Shown here piece by piece: positions 47,548-57,855 of a stretch of 64,000 bases of DNA. The stretch covers positions 672,001 to 736,000 of the forward strand of contig CBDCTZ010000013.1 of NCBI GenBank assembly GCA_965222375.1, in the 5' to 3' direction. This DNA is from Polyangiaceae bacterium. Its GTDB lineage: Bacteria > Myxococcota_A > Polyangia > Polyangiales > Polyangiaceae. Every line of letters starts with the position of its first letter. Positions within the stretch are counted from its first letter, which is position 1. The translations under genes and the position numbers were made by a program. Under the pieces are notes generated by a model. The model was not told where the DNA came from. It saw only the letters and a list, made by a program, of their open reading frames with translations, and did no database searches.

Positions 47548-48521
47548 AGAAACGACTCTGCTTTGTCGTCTTGGCAGCGATCTGCCTGAGCTCCTCGCCC
47601 GGGCTCGCCGCGGGCCCAACCGCTGCGGAGGTCGCCAAGGCCAGGCCCCACTACAAGCGTGGTGTGGCTCTGTACCAGGACGGAGCCTTCGACGCCGCCC
47701 TGGTGGAGTTGGAGAAGGCCTATGCCATCGCCCCGTCCTACAAGATTCTGTACAACGTGGGGCTGGTCTACGTGCAGCTCAACGATTTCGCCGGTGCCCT
47801 CAAAGCCTACCGTCAGTACCTGGAAGAAGGCGGAAAGAAGATCGACGGAAAGCGACGAGCAGAAGTCGAGAAGGACATCCGGAAGATGGAGCTCCGGGTG
47901 GGGACCGTCACGCTGAAGGTCAGCGTGGACGGGGCGGACGTGTTGGTCGATGACGAAGTAGTCGCCAAGTCGCCACTATCCGAGCCACTGATCGTGAACG
48001 CCGGCAAACGCAAGATCGCAGCCTCGAAGCCTGGCCACACACCCATGGCTCGGGTTCTCGTGATTGTGGGTGGGGACGAAAAGGACCTCAAGCTAGACCT
48101 GCGCTCCCTGACGGAAAGTTCCAAGAAGAAGCCCGACGACAAGCCGGACAAGCCGAAGAAGCCCGCCAAAGTGGAGGAACCAGGAGCGCCGGTGCCTTGG
48201 TTGTGGTGGGGCATCACGGGGGCGCTCGCCGCGGGGACCACCGTTGCCGGGGTGTTGACGCTGTCGTCCCAGAGCGACCTCGACGACAAGAAGAATGCGC
48301 CCTCTAGCGGCGACGATCTGCAGAGCAGCGCGGACAAGACTCGCACCCTAGCCATCGTGACCGACGTGCTGCTGGCAGGCACCGTCATCGTCGGTGGATA
48401 CGCGACCTACAAGACGTTCATTTCTCCCGACGAGCCGGAGAAAGACTCTGCCAGCGCCCGGCGTCCTCCGGTCGACGTGCAGCTGGGGCCGCGCAGCGTC
48501 TACCTGACCGGAAGCTTCTAG
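47541..48521 (+). CDS. TPR + PEGA domain exported protein
   Basis: Signal peptide; TPR-like helices (YKRGVALY...LEKAYAIAP, LYNVG); VDGADVLVDD PEGA strand; overlaps the kinase end. Confidence 0.85.
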   Translation: MVKKRLCFVVLAAICLSSSPGLAAGPTAAEVAKARPHYKRGVALYQDGAFDAALVELEKAYAIAPSYKILYNVGLVYVQLNDFAGALKAYRQYLEEGGKKIDGKRRAEVEKDIRKMELRVGTVTLKVSVDGADVLVDDEVVAKSPLSEPLIVNAGKRKIAASKPGHTPMARVLVIVGGDEKDLKLDLRSLTESSKKKPDDKPDKPKKPAKVEEPGAPVPWLWWGITGALAAGTTVAGVLTLSSQSDLDDKKNAPSSGDDLQSSADKTRTLAIVTDVLLAGTVIVGGYATYKTFISPDEPEKDSASARRPPVDVQLGPRSVYLTGSF

Positions 48522-50278
48522 CCGCCGGTGCCGCCAGCGCCCGCACTCCCACCGGTACCACCGCCCACGCCGCCCGCCCCCGGCGCGCCGACCAAGCCGG
48601 TGCAGTTGGATCGCTTTCCGGTCACTGCGTTCTGAACAGCATCGTAGAACTGCCCCGAGTCCCGGAACTCCGCCTTCGAGTTGGCATTGAGCCCCGTGCA
48701 CCAGACGACGATATCCGCCGGTGCCTCCCCGGTGGACACGTCGAAGTCCAGAGGCCCGGAGATCCCATCGTAGTCGATACTCTTCTTCTCCAGGAGCAGC
48801 TTGAGCGCCAGGTTGATACCCGTCGTGCCTCCTGTGACTTTCGTACCACCCACCATCTTCTTGAGACCGTCATTGAACTTCGGCCCGGTCATTATCGGCT
48901 CGTTGATGGCAACGATGGAATAGGCCAGCAAGTAGGCAGCGTCGTAGGCCGTGTCGGCAAACGACCCGGGCGCCTTTTGATTGTGAAAGCCCTTGAACTC
49001 GGATTCGAACTGGGCGAAGAACTTCGTGGCTCTGCCTGGCAAGGTACCCACAACCCGCTGGCTGAAAGCGTTGTTCGCAGTAACCAACTTGAGCAGCTCG
49101 TTATCTCGGCCACCGTCACCCACGATGTAGACCGGTTTGTTGACCCCCGTGGAACCCATTTCCACCCCTGAAACCACCTTCGTGATGCTCTCCGTGGTGC
49201 CAAACGCCAGGACAATGTCCGGCGGGTCCGGGGCGAACTCGGCAAGAATGGGCTGGACGACCCCCTTGTCGAAGTCAAAGTTTGGTTGCTCTGCGGGGTC
49301 CGGGTAATCCACACGGACGAAGAAGGTGGAGTTGGACGTGTCGAGCGCCGGTTTGCCGTTGAACTTGACTCGCTCGAGAACCGCCGTAGTGAGTCCGAGA
49401 CCATAGGGGTCGCTCTTCACGGCAACAGCAACCCGAATTGGATCATTGAGGGAGAGGCTGCGGGCGGAACGAATATTGGTTTCCACATCCGTAACCAGCT
49501 GAGCCAGAGGCACCGCCTGCAACGCGTCGCTCGGGGCCGTGCGCCAAACCAAGCCGTTGTCCTTGAGATCCGTGATCGCCGTACTGGTCGCGGACGGCGA
49601 AATCAGCAACGCCTTTCCACTAACTGACACTTTGGTGGCCACTTCCAAGGTCACACCGCTGAACGCCGGACCGATGATGGCGGGCACCCTCAGCGTCTTG
49701 ACCAGGTGGCTGGCGGCACGCACCGCCCCAGAGTCCTGCCCCCCTGGGGTCTCGGCAAGGTCGTGACAGGCTACGAAGGCCACGCGGCGCCGGTTGATCC
49801 CATCCGGCAGTGGCAGGCCCTTCGCAAAGGTATCCAGCTGGTTGACAGCAAGCTGAACGCCCTCCCAGGGCGGAAGCCCATTGCCGACGAACTCTCCCTC
49901 GAGAGGTCCCATGTAGCCGAGAACGACAGTGCCGTCCTCGGCCACCGCATCCTCCGGGAACACATCCTTGCAATCCTGCGACTTGAGGGCCACACACACT
50001 CGATCCGGCTGCCTGCAGATGGCCAGCTTGCCCTCGAACCGGTCGATGCACTCCTGATTCGTGTCGCAATCCCCGCCGAGAGTGCAGATCTTGTCCGGGC
50101 CGCACACGGAGCCCGCGAAAGCAGCGCCCTTGGCCACGCAGTCGTCCGTGGTCTGGCACTGTTCGACGTCCGTATCCACGATGGCGTTGCACGACGCCGA
50201 AGACAGCACAGCTGGCAGCGTGAGCCACACTGCCCGGATAAGCCGAAAACCCCTCAAGCGTGTCTTCACAAGACCCAA
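48518..50278 (-). CDS. Lipoprotein with Cys-rich N-terminus and LivJ-like periplasmic binding domain
   Basis: Lipobox ASC; AIIGPAFSG, ISPSATS, WRTAPSD, YDAAYLLA, YDGISGPLDFD. Confidence 0.85.
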   Translation of the reverse strand: MGLVKTRLRGFRLIRAVWLTLPAVLSSASCNAIVDTDVEQCQTTDDCVAKGAAFAGSVCGPDKICTLGGDCDTNQECIDRFEGKLAICRQPDRVCVALKSQDCKDVFPEDAVAEDGTVVLGYMGPLEGEFVGNGLPPWEGVQLAVNQLDTFAKGLPLPDGINRRRVAFVACHDLAETPGGQDSGAVRAASHLVKTLRVPAIIGPAFSGVTLEVATKVSVSGKALLISPSATSTAITDLKDNGLVWRTAPSDALQAVPLAQLVTDVETNIRSARSLSLNDPIRVAVAVKSDPYGLGLTTAVLERVKFNGKPALDTSNSTFFVRVDYPDPAEQPNFDFDKGVVQPILAEFAPDPPDIVLAFGTTESITKVVSGVEMGSTGVNKPVYIVGDGGRDNELLKLVTANNAFSQRVVGTLPGRATKFFAQFESEFKGFHNQKAPGSFADTAYDAAYLLAYSIVAINEPIMTGPKFNDGLKKMVGGTKVTGGTTGINLALKLLLEKKSIDYDGISGPLDFDVSTGEAPADIVVWCTGLNANSKAEFRDSGQFYDAVQNAVTGKRSNCTGLVGAPGAGGVGGGTGGSAGAGGTGG

Positions 50279-50461
50279 GTCGTGAAGCTACCGCGGCCAA
50301 GACGGAAGTGCCAATCCCAAGGCGCTGGATTTTCGGCGAATGGCCCAAAAACCAGCTCGAACCCTGCGTTGGCGTACGGGTCCCGGCAGTCGTCATGGGG
50401 CCAGTGGTGACCACCGGGTCGCGATGCTAATGGGCAAGTAGACTCGGCGTCGGAGGAAGGC

Positions 50462-52141
50462 ATGGACAATATCGCGCGCGGCCGGCAGGACCTTCTGGAC
50501 TGGGAGAACGACAAGCCTGGCAACTACTTCACATGGGACGAAAACCTGGGCCGCATGCTGGCAACCCGCATCGGCAAGGAGCAACTAGCCGAGGAGCGTC
50601 CGCGTTTGGAGCGTGCCGGAGAGATGGTGGCAACGCAGCTGCGGCATCTAGCCGTGGACACGAATCACGACGCCAACCTGCCCCGGCTGGAGCGCTTCGA
50701 CGGCCTGGGCGTGCGCCGAGAGCAAGTGGTGTTTCACCCGAGCTACCACGAAGCAGGCCGGCTGATCTGGGACACCGGCGTGCTCGCGGACTACGCCACC
50801 CCTGGCAAAGAAGTGGTGCAGATGTCGCTGCTGTACATGTTCGCCCAGGTGGGAGAGTACGGCCATCAATGCCCACTGGCGTGCACGGCCGGGCTGATCA
50901 AGCTGATCCAACGAGTCGGCTCTGAAGAGCAGAAGACGAGGTATCTACCCGCGCTACTCAACCGGGACTACGAAAAGCGGCTGCACGCTTCCCAGTTCCT
51001 GACGGAGGTCCAGGGCGGCTCGGACGTGGGCAGCAACGCCGTCGTTGCCCGTCGCGACGGCGACCACTGGCGCCTCCATGGCGAAAAGTGGTTTTGCAGC
51101 GTCATTGACGCCCAGGCCTTCTTGATGACCGCGCGCCCCGAGGGCGCGCAGGATGGAACCAAGGGCCTTGGTCTGTTCATCGTGCCGAGGGAGGTGGACG
51201 GTCAGGTCAACAACTTCTTCGTGCGCCGCTTGAAGCAGAAGCTGGGCACGCGCGCGATGGCATCCGGGGAAGCCGATTTCGAGGGCGCCCGCGCCGAGGC
51301 GATTGGCGACGTGGAGCGCGGTTTCAAGAACGTGGTCGAGATCGTGCTCAACACGTCTCGGATCTACAACGCGATCTGTTGCGCCGGCGGCATGATGGCA
51401 TCGTATCGAGAAGCGCGCACCTTCGCCATGCGCCGGCGTGCGTTTGGCAAGAGCATCTCGGAGTACCCGCTTGTGCAGGAGTCCCTCGCAGGGCTTCGAG
51501 CCGAAGCCCTCGGCGCAGCAGCGAGCAGCTTCCGTCTGGCAGCGGAGGCCGATCGCCTCGATGCCAAGGGTGGCAGCGATGAAGAAAAGCTGGCTTGGCG
51601 CGTGGGCGTGAACGTCAACAAGTACTTTACCGCGATTCGCAACACTCAGAGCGCTCGCACGGCGGTGGAGGTCCTTGGTGGCAACGGCACCATCGAAACC
51701 TTCTCGCCTTTGGTTCAATTGTACCGCGACGCTCTCGTGCTCGAGAGCTGGGAGGGCACGCACAACGTGTTGGTGCAGCAGGTGCTGAAAGATGCAGCGC
51801 GCTACGGTGCACACCTGGCGTTCCTGAAGGACCTGACGCAGAGCCTGGGCCAGCTGAAACTCAGGGATGACGCCGAAGCCTTGGTCGAGCGGACAGGTCA
51901 GGGCATTGCGGCGCTTTCGAAAGGTTTCGAACGCTTGGCCGCCGGCGAGGGCGATCAGCGCTTCGGGCGGCGACTCGTGGATCAGGCGGCCGTATTGCTG
52001 CAGAGCGTGGCGCTACTCGAAGAGCTGAACGTGGACCCGGCAGACTCCGTGAAGGGCGCTGCCGTGGCTCACCTTCTGCAACATTTCGTGCGCTCGGAGC
52101 TCACACCACCCCCGAGCATCGCGCCAGCGTTGCTTTCTTGA
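50462..52141 (+). CDS. Acyl-CoA dehydrogenase, AidB-like
   Basis: FHPSY, CPLACT, FLTEVQGGSDV, GEKWFCS, RLKQKLGTR, WEGTHNV. Confidence 0.9.
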   Translation: MDNIARGRQDLLDWENDKPGNYFTWDENLGRMLATRIGKEQLAEERPRLERAGEMVATQLRHLAVDTNHDANLPRLERFDGLGVRREQVVFHPSYHEAGRLIWDTGVLADYATPGKEVVQMSLLYMFAQVGEYGHQCPLACTAGLIKLIQRVGSEEQKTRYLPALLNRDYEKRLHASQFLTEVQGGSDVGSNAVVARRDGDHWRLHGEKWFCSVIDAQAFLMTARPEGAQDGTKGLGLFIVPREVDGQVNNFFVRRLKQKLGTRAMASGEADFEGARAEAIGDVERGFKNVVEIVLNTSRIYNAICCAGGMMASYREARTFAMRRRAFGKSISEYPLVQESLAGLRAEALGAAASSFRLAAEADRLDAKGGSDEEKLAWRVGVNVNKYFTAIRNTQSARTAVEVLGGNGTIETFSPLVQLYRDALVLESWEGTHNVLVQQVLKDAARYGAHLAFLKDLTQSLGQLKLRDDAEALVERTGQGIAALSKGFERLAAGEGDQRFGRRLVDQAAVLLQSVALLEELNVDPADSVKGAAVAHLLQHFVRSELTPPPSIAPALLS

Positions 52142-52157
52142 GCGCAGCTCGATCGAG

Positions 52158-52931
52158 TTACCTGCGCAACGCGAGGGCGGGGGTCGGCTCGGGTAGTGTC
52201 AACACGCGGCTCAACCGTCTCAGCGCAGCAGGCGCCTCCCGTTTCAAAGCGTGACCCAAGGCCCGGGTGAGCTTGTTTCGAGTGTCCGCACGAAGGCGGC
52301 GGGATAGCGGTGCGTCCTTGCCATCGCTCACGACCCAGATTCGAGTCTGGCACAGTCGCTCGCCACTTTGGCCATCGTGCAGCGCTAGCCAAGTTTCCAG
52401 ATAGCCACGAACCCATTCGGGCTTCTTGTGATCCAGTCGCCAGATCCAGCGCGGCAGCCCGAACTGGGTCACGTGGAACACGCCTACGAAGCGGCGCTTG
52501 CTCAGAGCCGTGGAGCGCTCCAACGCTTCGCGCGAGGCTTCTTCGCCATGCACCCCGGACAGCGCGGCTTCCAGCAACGGCAGCCTCGGGAGCTCCAGGG
52601 GCTCCGTAACGGTCATGGGCAGCAAGGCCTTGGCGACCAGTCGCGCTTCGGCGAAACGCGTCGTAATGACCCGAGCGGGCTCGGTCGGAGCTGCCGCCGA
52701 AAGCTCCGCGTCGTTGCAGGCTTGCTCCCGGCGTTTCAGAGGATCGAGTTCGATGCTCCCGAGTGCCCGCACCGCCAACCGCGCGCGCTCCATATCGCGA
52801 GAGAGTACGGGTTTGTCTTCGGACACTTCGACGCCCGGCTCGCTGGCGCCGAGGGGTACGGGCGGGGTCGACTTGCCACTCGTCTGGCAACCGATAGCGA
52901 AGAGCGCGATGGCCCACAGTCCTGGCTTCAC
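52158..52931 (-). CDS. Hypothetical lipoprotein
   Basis: GTG 52931 gives VKPGLWAIALFAIG-C lipobox; a longer start would overlap the divergent gene. Confidence 0.65.
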   Translation of the reverse strand: MKPGLWAIALFAIGCQTSGKSTPPVPLGASEPGVEVSEDKPVLSRDMERARLAVRALGSIELDPLKRREQACNDAELSAAAPTEPARVITTRFAEARLVAKALLPMTVTEPLELPRLPLLEAALSGVHGEEASREALERSTALSKRRFVGVFHVTQFGLPRWIWRLDHKKPEWVRGYLETWLALHDGQSGERLCQTRIWVVSDGKDAPLSRRLRADTRNKLTRALGHALKREAPAALRRLSRVLTLPEPTPALALRR

Positions 52932-53020
52932 ACGAGCAAACAAACCTGTCTGGCCCGCTCTGGCCAAAAAACCGACCAAAGGAACGCCAAGAAGAGGCCG
53001 TGCTACGCTGGCGCCAGAGC

Positions 53021-54823
53021 ATGACGCGCCGTCTTCGAGTTCTTCTGCTCTATCCACCCCCCTGGAAGATTGCCGCGCCGGGGCAGCCGCCCCACGGGCG
53101 GGATGGGCCACCGTCAAACTACCAGGACGGCGACCTAGACCCGGATTTTCATCAGACGCCCTATGGCCTCTTCACCCTGGGGGCCAACGCCGTCCGCGAC
53201 GGCCACTCCGTCAAAGTACTAAACCTATCGAGCTACCCGTGGTCGGAAGTGGACAAGATCGTCGCCAACCTCGAGTCCGACGTCGTGGGTTTGTCTTGTT
53301 GGACCGCCAACCGGCGAGGCGTGGCGCTCACATCAGAGTTGATCAAGCGACACCATCCCGATGCGACGGTCGTCGTCGGTGGCCCCCACGCCACCCCTCT
53401 AGCCAAGGAGATGCTGCAACATCATTCGAGCATTGACGCAGTGGTCACTGGTGAGGGGGAGCTCAGCTTCGCAGAGCTCCTCAATCGCATCAGCCAAGAC
53501 AGCCCCCTGGTCGGCGTTGCCGGAACCTGGACCCGAGGCGATAGCGGCCCCGTTGCCGGCCCGCCACAACGCAACATCGATGACCTCGACAGCCTGGCGA
53601 ACCCCCACGAGTTGTACGACACCCACATCGTGATGACCTCTCGGGGCTGTCCCTGGCAGTGCACCTTTTGTGGCGCCGAATCGAGTTGGGGACGAGGCTT
53701 CAGAGCCCAATCCATCGACTACGTCCTGGATGGCCTGGAGCATGCTCTCCGGCGGCTTTCGGTTCGCATGCTTCAGATCAAGGACGACACCTTCACCACC
53801 AACAAGAAACGCGTGATCAAGCTCTGCCAAGGCATGCGCCAGCGCAAGTTGCGTTTCGTGTGGAGTTGCGACACCCGTGTCGATGTTCTGAACGAAGAGC
53901 TACTCAAGGAAATGCGCTTGGCAGGCTGCGAGCGGCTGTCCTTGGGCGTGGAGAGCGGCAGTCAACGTATCTTGGACGCGATCCAGAAGAAGATCAGCGT
54001 GGACGAAATCGTGGAAGCGACCCGGATGGCGAAGAAGTTCGGGATCAGGGTGCGCTTCTACATGATGCTGGGCAATCGGGGAGAGACTCGCGAGTCGTTC
54101 CGAGAGACCCTCGAGTTCCTCGACCGCGCCGCACCGCATAGCTACATCTTCTCGTGCCTGAGCATCTACCCGGGCACGACGGACTTCGTCGACGCCGAGG
54201 CCGCCGGCAGCGTCAGCCGGAAGGACTACTTCGAGAAGACCTTCCAGGAACTGAAAGTCCCCTACGACGCGAGCCCGGCGCTGACTAAGGAAATGAATGA
54301 GTGGTTTGCGGCACACCGCGGCGTACGCGAGTGCTACAGCCCGACGGCGGCAGAGTGCAGGCAAGTCGTGGCCGAGCTAGGTGATCACGCCCCTGCGGAG
54401 CTGGACCTGGCCCGAGCTTTGTTCGTGGAAGGCAACCTGACAGCCGCTGAAGACCACGCCAGAAGAGCCATAGAATTGGAGCACCCTACCCCCGGCTTGG
54501 TGCTCAACTTGCTGGCGTGCATCGCCCATGCTCGCGGCGATCTCGAAGCCATGAAGGAGCACTTCATGACCGCCGCGAAAGCCGATCCGCAGCACTACGT
54601 ATTGATCGAGAACGTGCAACGTACGCGGCTTTGGTTCAAACAGCGCGGCCCCGAGACCGGCAAGGTATTGGAACTCAGCTGCCAGCATGACTTCGCGTTG
54701 TTCGAGAAGAACCAACAGCCCGCCTTGCCCGGACCTCTGAGCGAGGGCTGGCAGAGTTGGCCCGAACCCAAGCCTGCCGCCGAGCCACCAGTCGAGGCCA
54801 AGCGCCTCCGCGTCTTGCCCTGA
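53021..54823 (+). CDS. B12-binding radical SAM protein with C-terminal TPR-like helices
   Basis: VVGGPHAT, GEGE, SRGCPWQCTFC, DDTFT, GVESGS. Confidence 0.92.
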   Translation: MTRRLRVLLLYPPPWKIAAPGQPPHGRDGPPSNYQDGDLDPDFHQTPYGLFTLGANAVRDGHSVKVLNLSSYPWSEVDKIVANLESDVVGLSCWTANRRGVALTSELIKRHHPDATVVVGGPHATPLAKEMLQHHSSIDAVVTGEGELSFAELLNRISQDSPLVGVAGTWTRGDSGPVAGPPQRNIDDLDSLANPHELYDTHIVMTSRGCPWQCTFCGAESSWGRGFRAQSIDYVLDGLEHALRRLSVRMLQIKDDTFTTNKKRVIKLCQGMRQRKLRFVWSCDTRVDVLNEELLKEMRLAGCERLSLGVESGSQRILDAIQKKISVDEIVEATRMAKKFGIRVRFYMMLGNRGETRESFRETLEFLDRAAPHSYIFSCLSIYPGTTDFVDAEAAGSVSRKDYFEKTFQELKVPYDASPALTKEMNEWFAAHRGVRECYSPTAAECRQVVAELGDHAPAELDLARALFVEGNLTAAEDHARRAIELEHPTPGLVLNLLACIAHARGDLEAMKEHFMTAAKADPQHYVLIENVQRTRLWFKQRGPETGKVLELSCQHDFALFEKNQQPALPGPLSEGWQSWPEPKPAAEPPVEAKRLRVLP

Positions 54824-54844
54824 TGCCCCAGCCGGCCCGAGCGC

Positions 54845-55477
54845 CTACTCGGTCCGGCTCACCACTTTGGATGCGTCTTGGAGATTCCGAAGCGCTTGGC
54901 CGTCGCCGTAGGCCAAGCCGAGAAACAACCCCCGAAGCACTGTCATCGCCGACTGCACGGGTTCGCTCTGAGTAGTTTCCAGCAGCATGGCCGCCGCCTG
55001 CTCGGCTTGAGCCAGCGAGGCCAGCAGCGCTTTGTGTGCCGGCGAGGCCAGTGACAGACTGGTCCAAGCCTTCCAATCCGCCGCCAGCTCTTCGGCGCCG
55101 GCAGCCGAAAGCCCCAAGCGCTCCATCAGTGCAGCCAAATAGTGGAAGTGCGTCTGCTCGCCCTCCCCGGCTTCCCGCCAGAGTTTCAGCGCCTTGGCCA
55201 CGTCGTCCGGAGAAAGCTCCTTGGCCAGATCCGCGCGGCGGGCGGCAAATGCTTTCACGACTGCCTCGGGGCTCGACCGCTCACGAAAACCGTCATGAAT
55301 GGCGTCCAACAGCCAGATCCGAACCAAGCGACCGTCCGGCCAACCCAAAAGCGCCGACCACAGTTTCTCCGAGCCCGGCGTCTTGAAGCGCTCCGCAGAC
55401 GGGCGCGATGCGAAGTTCTTGCCAGCCCCTGAGGTCTTGCCGCGCCCCTTGCGCTTCAGCTTTCGGCGAGTGGACAC
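54845..55477 (-). CDS. Hypothetical protein with basic N-terminus
   Basis: 210-aa helical ORF starting MSTRRKLKRKGRGK, 12 nt after the hemerythrin stop. Confidence 0.6.
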   Translation of the reverse strand: MSTRRKLKRKGRGKTSGAGKNFASRPSAERFKTPGSEKLWSALLGWPDGRLVRIWLLDAIHDGFRERSSPEAVVKAFAARRADLAKELSPDDVAKALKLWREAGEGEQTHFHYLAALMERLGLSAAGAEELAADWKAWTSLSLASPAHKALLASLAQAEQAAAMLLETTQSEPVQSAMTVLRGLFLGLAYGDGQALRNLQDASKVVSRTE

Positions 55478-55489
55478 GGCTATGTTCGC

Positions 55490-55882
55490 TCAGCCCAACT
55501 CGGCGATGAACTGCTCGAAGGCGCGGTCGGCGGTTGACTCGTGGCGCTCGACGGAATGCTGCAGAAAGTCGAGCAGCACCGGAGCCAATTCCGTCTGTTT
55601 GGCTTCGCACTGCCCACGCAAGGACTCCACTTGCTGAAGGATGGCGACATGCTGTTGAACATGCTCTTTGAGGTCGGGATACTCCCGAGCTTCCATCAAC
55701 GCTTTCTCGTCGGAGAAGTGGTCGCTCAGCACCTTGATCGCCTCATCGAGCTGCACAACCAAAGCGGACCAGTCGCCACCCTGCTCCAGGGAGTGCCGCA
55801 CCGTGGCGATGTGCTGAGCCAGCCGTGCATGCTGGTGAGCCACATCGGCTAGTGCCTTCCCGGCCGAGGACGACTCGAACAT
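55490..55882 (-). CDS. Bacteriohemerythrin-like protein
   Basis: QH...HFSDE..LM....YP....HVQQH....HESTAD iron-ligand pattern. Confidence 0.85.
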   Translation of the reverse strand: MFESSSAGKALADVAHQHARLAQHIATVRHSLEQGGDWSALVVQLDEAIKVLSDHFSDEKALMEAREYPDLKEHVQQHVAILQQVESLRGQCEAKQTELAPVLLDFLQHSVERHESTADRAFEQFIAELG

Positions 55883-56022
55883 GAAGCACAATTCGTAGCC
55901 CCTGTGAGATAGGTCAACAAGTGTGGCCTCCCGAAACTCGCTGAAGTCTCGCAAGAAAGTCCAACGATTTCAGCAACCTCGCGCCCGGCGCGAATGATCG
56001 CTATGCTCTCGCCGCTCTTGCA

Positions 56023-57762
56023 ATGCGGGTCCGAGCCGTCGCCATAGGCACCGAGCGCAGCAACGCGATCGGCAGCGTAGAACTCGAGTGCACACCACCC
56101 GGCTTGGTGGTGGTCTACCTTGGGGTGGGCACGTTCAGCGAGGGCTACGCTCCTGGCGCCTTGACCCAGGGGACGCGAGTGCTGGTGCCCTGGTCCGAAG
56201 TGCTCGAAGCTCGGGTGGAGGGGCCGCAGGTCTTTCTTTCGGTCACTCCGGCACTCACTCCCCACCACAAGCTGTGTCTGACGAACTTTTCGAGTGGGGA
56301 TCTCCCTCCCCTGACCGCGAATCGGCAGCGCGCAATCCTGTGGGTCGGCGTCGTCGCGGCAGCTTTGGTGACCACCTTACTCCTGGCCCTCACCTTGCCA
56401 AGGGTCGCGCCTCGCGCTGGTGCGGGCGTCACCGTGGGAGTCGGCGCGCTCGCCGCGGTGGTCATCTTGGTGCTTGGATTCCTCTCGGAGCGGCGGGTGT
56501 TGTTTCGGGGATTAGACGATGGTCCCTCACGAGACGCCTTTGCGTCCGAGCTCTCGCACTACCTACCCACGCTAGTTCGCTTGCCCCGAGCCCCGGAGCC
56601 GCGACCGCGGCCGCCGGTGTTGCCGGACTTGTCGGGGCTGATGCCGCGCACGACTGCTGCGGTCGCGATCGCACTCACCGCTGGGCTTTTGGGCTTGGCC
56701 TTGACCGGCAAGTCGCTGCTGTTTCCGGCTCAAGACCGACAAGCCCAGCGCTCCATGGAAGAGGACGAGCGACCCATGGGCCCGATGCTCGAGCCCCAGG
56801 CGCCGGCGGTTGCCCCCGCCGCAGCGCCCGCACCCAAACCAGCGGCGGTCGCGAAAAAAGCAGAGCCGCCCGCGCCGGCACCGGCGGCAGGTGACTCGAA
56901 TGCGAGCCGCGGCGGCCGCTGCAGCTGTGCCCGGGCGGACTCGGTTCTATGGCGGAAACCTCTGCCAAAGCTGAGCATTTTGGTGTTTGACCGCAAGCTG
57001 ATGACGGGGCCCACCCGAAAACGGTTGGGGCTCAACGTCGCCGTAGTCAACAACAGTGAAGAGGATCTGCGCGAAGTCGCCATGCGCATCGGCTTCACTG
57101 AACCCGTCGCGCCGGGCTCCAAAGAACGCGACGCGGTCTCCCACGAGGCCGTCTACTTCGAGGGTCCCCTAAAGCCGGGCAAAGCCATCAAGTGGAACAT
57201 CGAATCTCGTGGTTCGGACATCCGCATTGAAGAAGCCCCCGCCCCAGGGGACATCGGCCCAGGTGGCGACGGTGCCGCAAGCTTGAACAAGCTGGCGGAT
57301 CTGCTCAACGCCAACCACCGCCCAGTGCGCCTGCACGGCGCAATGATGCTCGCGTACCTGGGGGACAAGCGGGCTCGAGAAGCCGCGCTGAAGCTCAAAG
57401 AGGCACTGCGCGAAGACGAAGCACCCGTTCTCGACCGAATCATTCGAGCACTCGCCGACCTGCGAGCATGCGAGTTTTCCGTCACCGGAAAGAGGCGCAC
57501 CCGGCAGGTTCAAGCGTGCATCTTCAACGCGGGCAAGAACGCGCGCGACAACATAGGCATGCGCCTGCGGGGGCTAGATGGCCCGGTGTCCACCCTGGAG
57601 TTGACTCGGGCGCCGCCGCAGATCGTTAGTGAAGCCACCTGGAGCCTACCCGGAGCCCTTGAAGCTCAAGAAGGCACCCGGGTGCGCGCTACCCTGGTGC
57701 TTGACAGCGACGAACCCGCGGAGTTCGAACTCGTCGTCGATCGCGAAGACCTGCTGCCCTAG
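56023..57762 (+). CDS. Membrane protein of unknown function
   Basis: About three TM helices, Pro/Ala linker, C-terminal beta and helical domains. Confidence 0.7.
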   Translation: MRVRAVAIGTERSNAIGSVELECTPPGLVVVYLGVGTFSEGYAPGALTQGTRVLVPWSEVLEARVEGPQVFLSVTPALTPHHKLCLTNFSSGDLPPLTANRQRAILWVGVVAAALVTTLLLALTLPRVAPRAGAGVTVGVGALAAVVILVLGFLSERRVLFRGLDDGPSRDAFASELSHYLPTLVRLPRAPEPRPRPPVLPDLSGLMPRTTAAVAIALTAGLLGLALTGKSLLFPAQDRQAQRSMEEDERPMGPMLEPQAPAVAPAAAPAPKPAAVAKKAEPPAPAPAAGDSNASRGGRCSCARADSVLWRKPLPKLSILVFDRKLMTGPTRKRLGLNVAVVNNSEEDLREVAMRIGFTEPVAPGSKERDAVSHEAVYFEGPLKPGKAIKWNIESRGSDIRIEEAPAPGDIGPGGDGAASLNKLADLLNANHRPVRLHGAMMLAYLGDKRAREAALKLKEALREDEAPVLDRIIRALADLRACEFSVTGKRRTRQVQACIFNAGKNARDNIGMRLRGLDGPVSTLELTRAPPQIVSEATWSLPGALEAQEGTRVRATLVLDSDEPAEFELVVDREDLLP

Positions 57763-57855
57763 TCGCTCGATGGCCGGGGGGTCTCGCGCCCCTCGCCCGT
57801 CGCCCGCCGCCGAGCTGACGCGCCGGGCCCCTTCTGCCAAGAGGGACCGCTCGAC

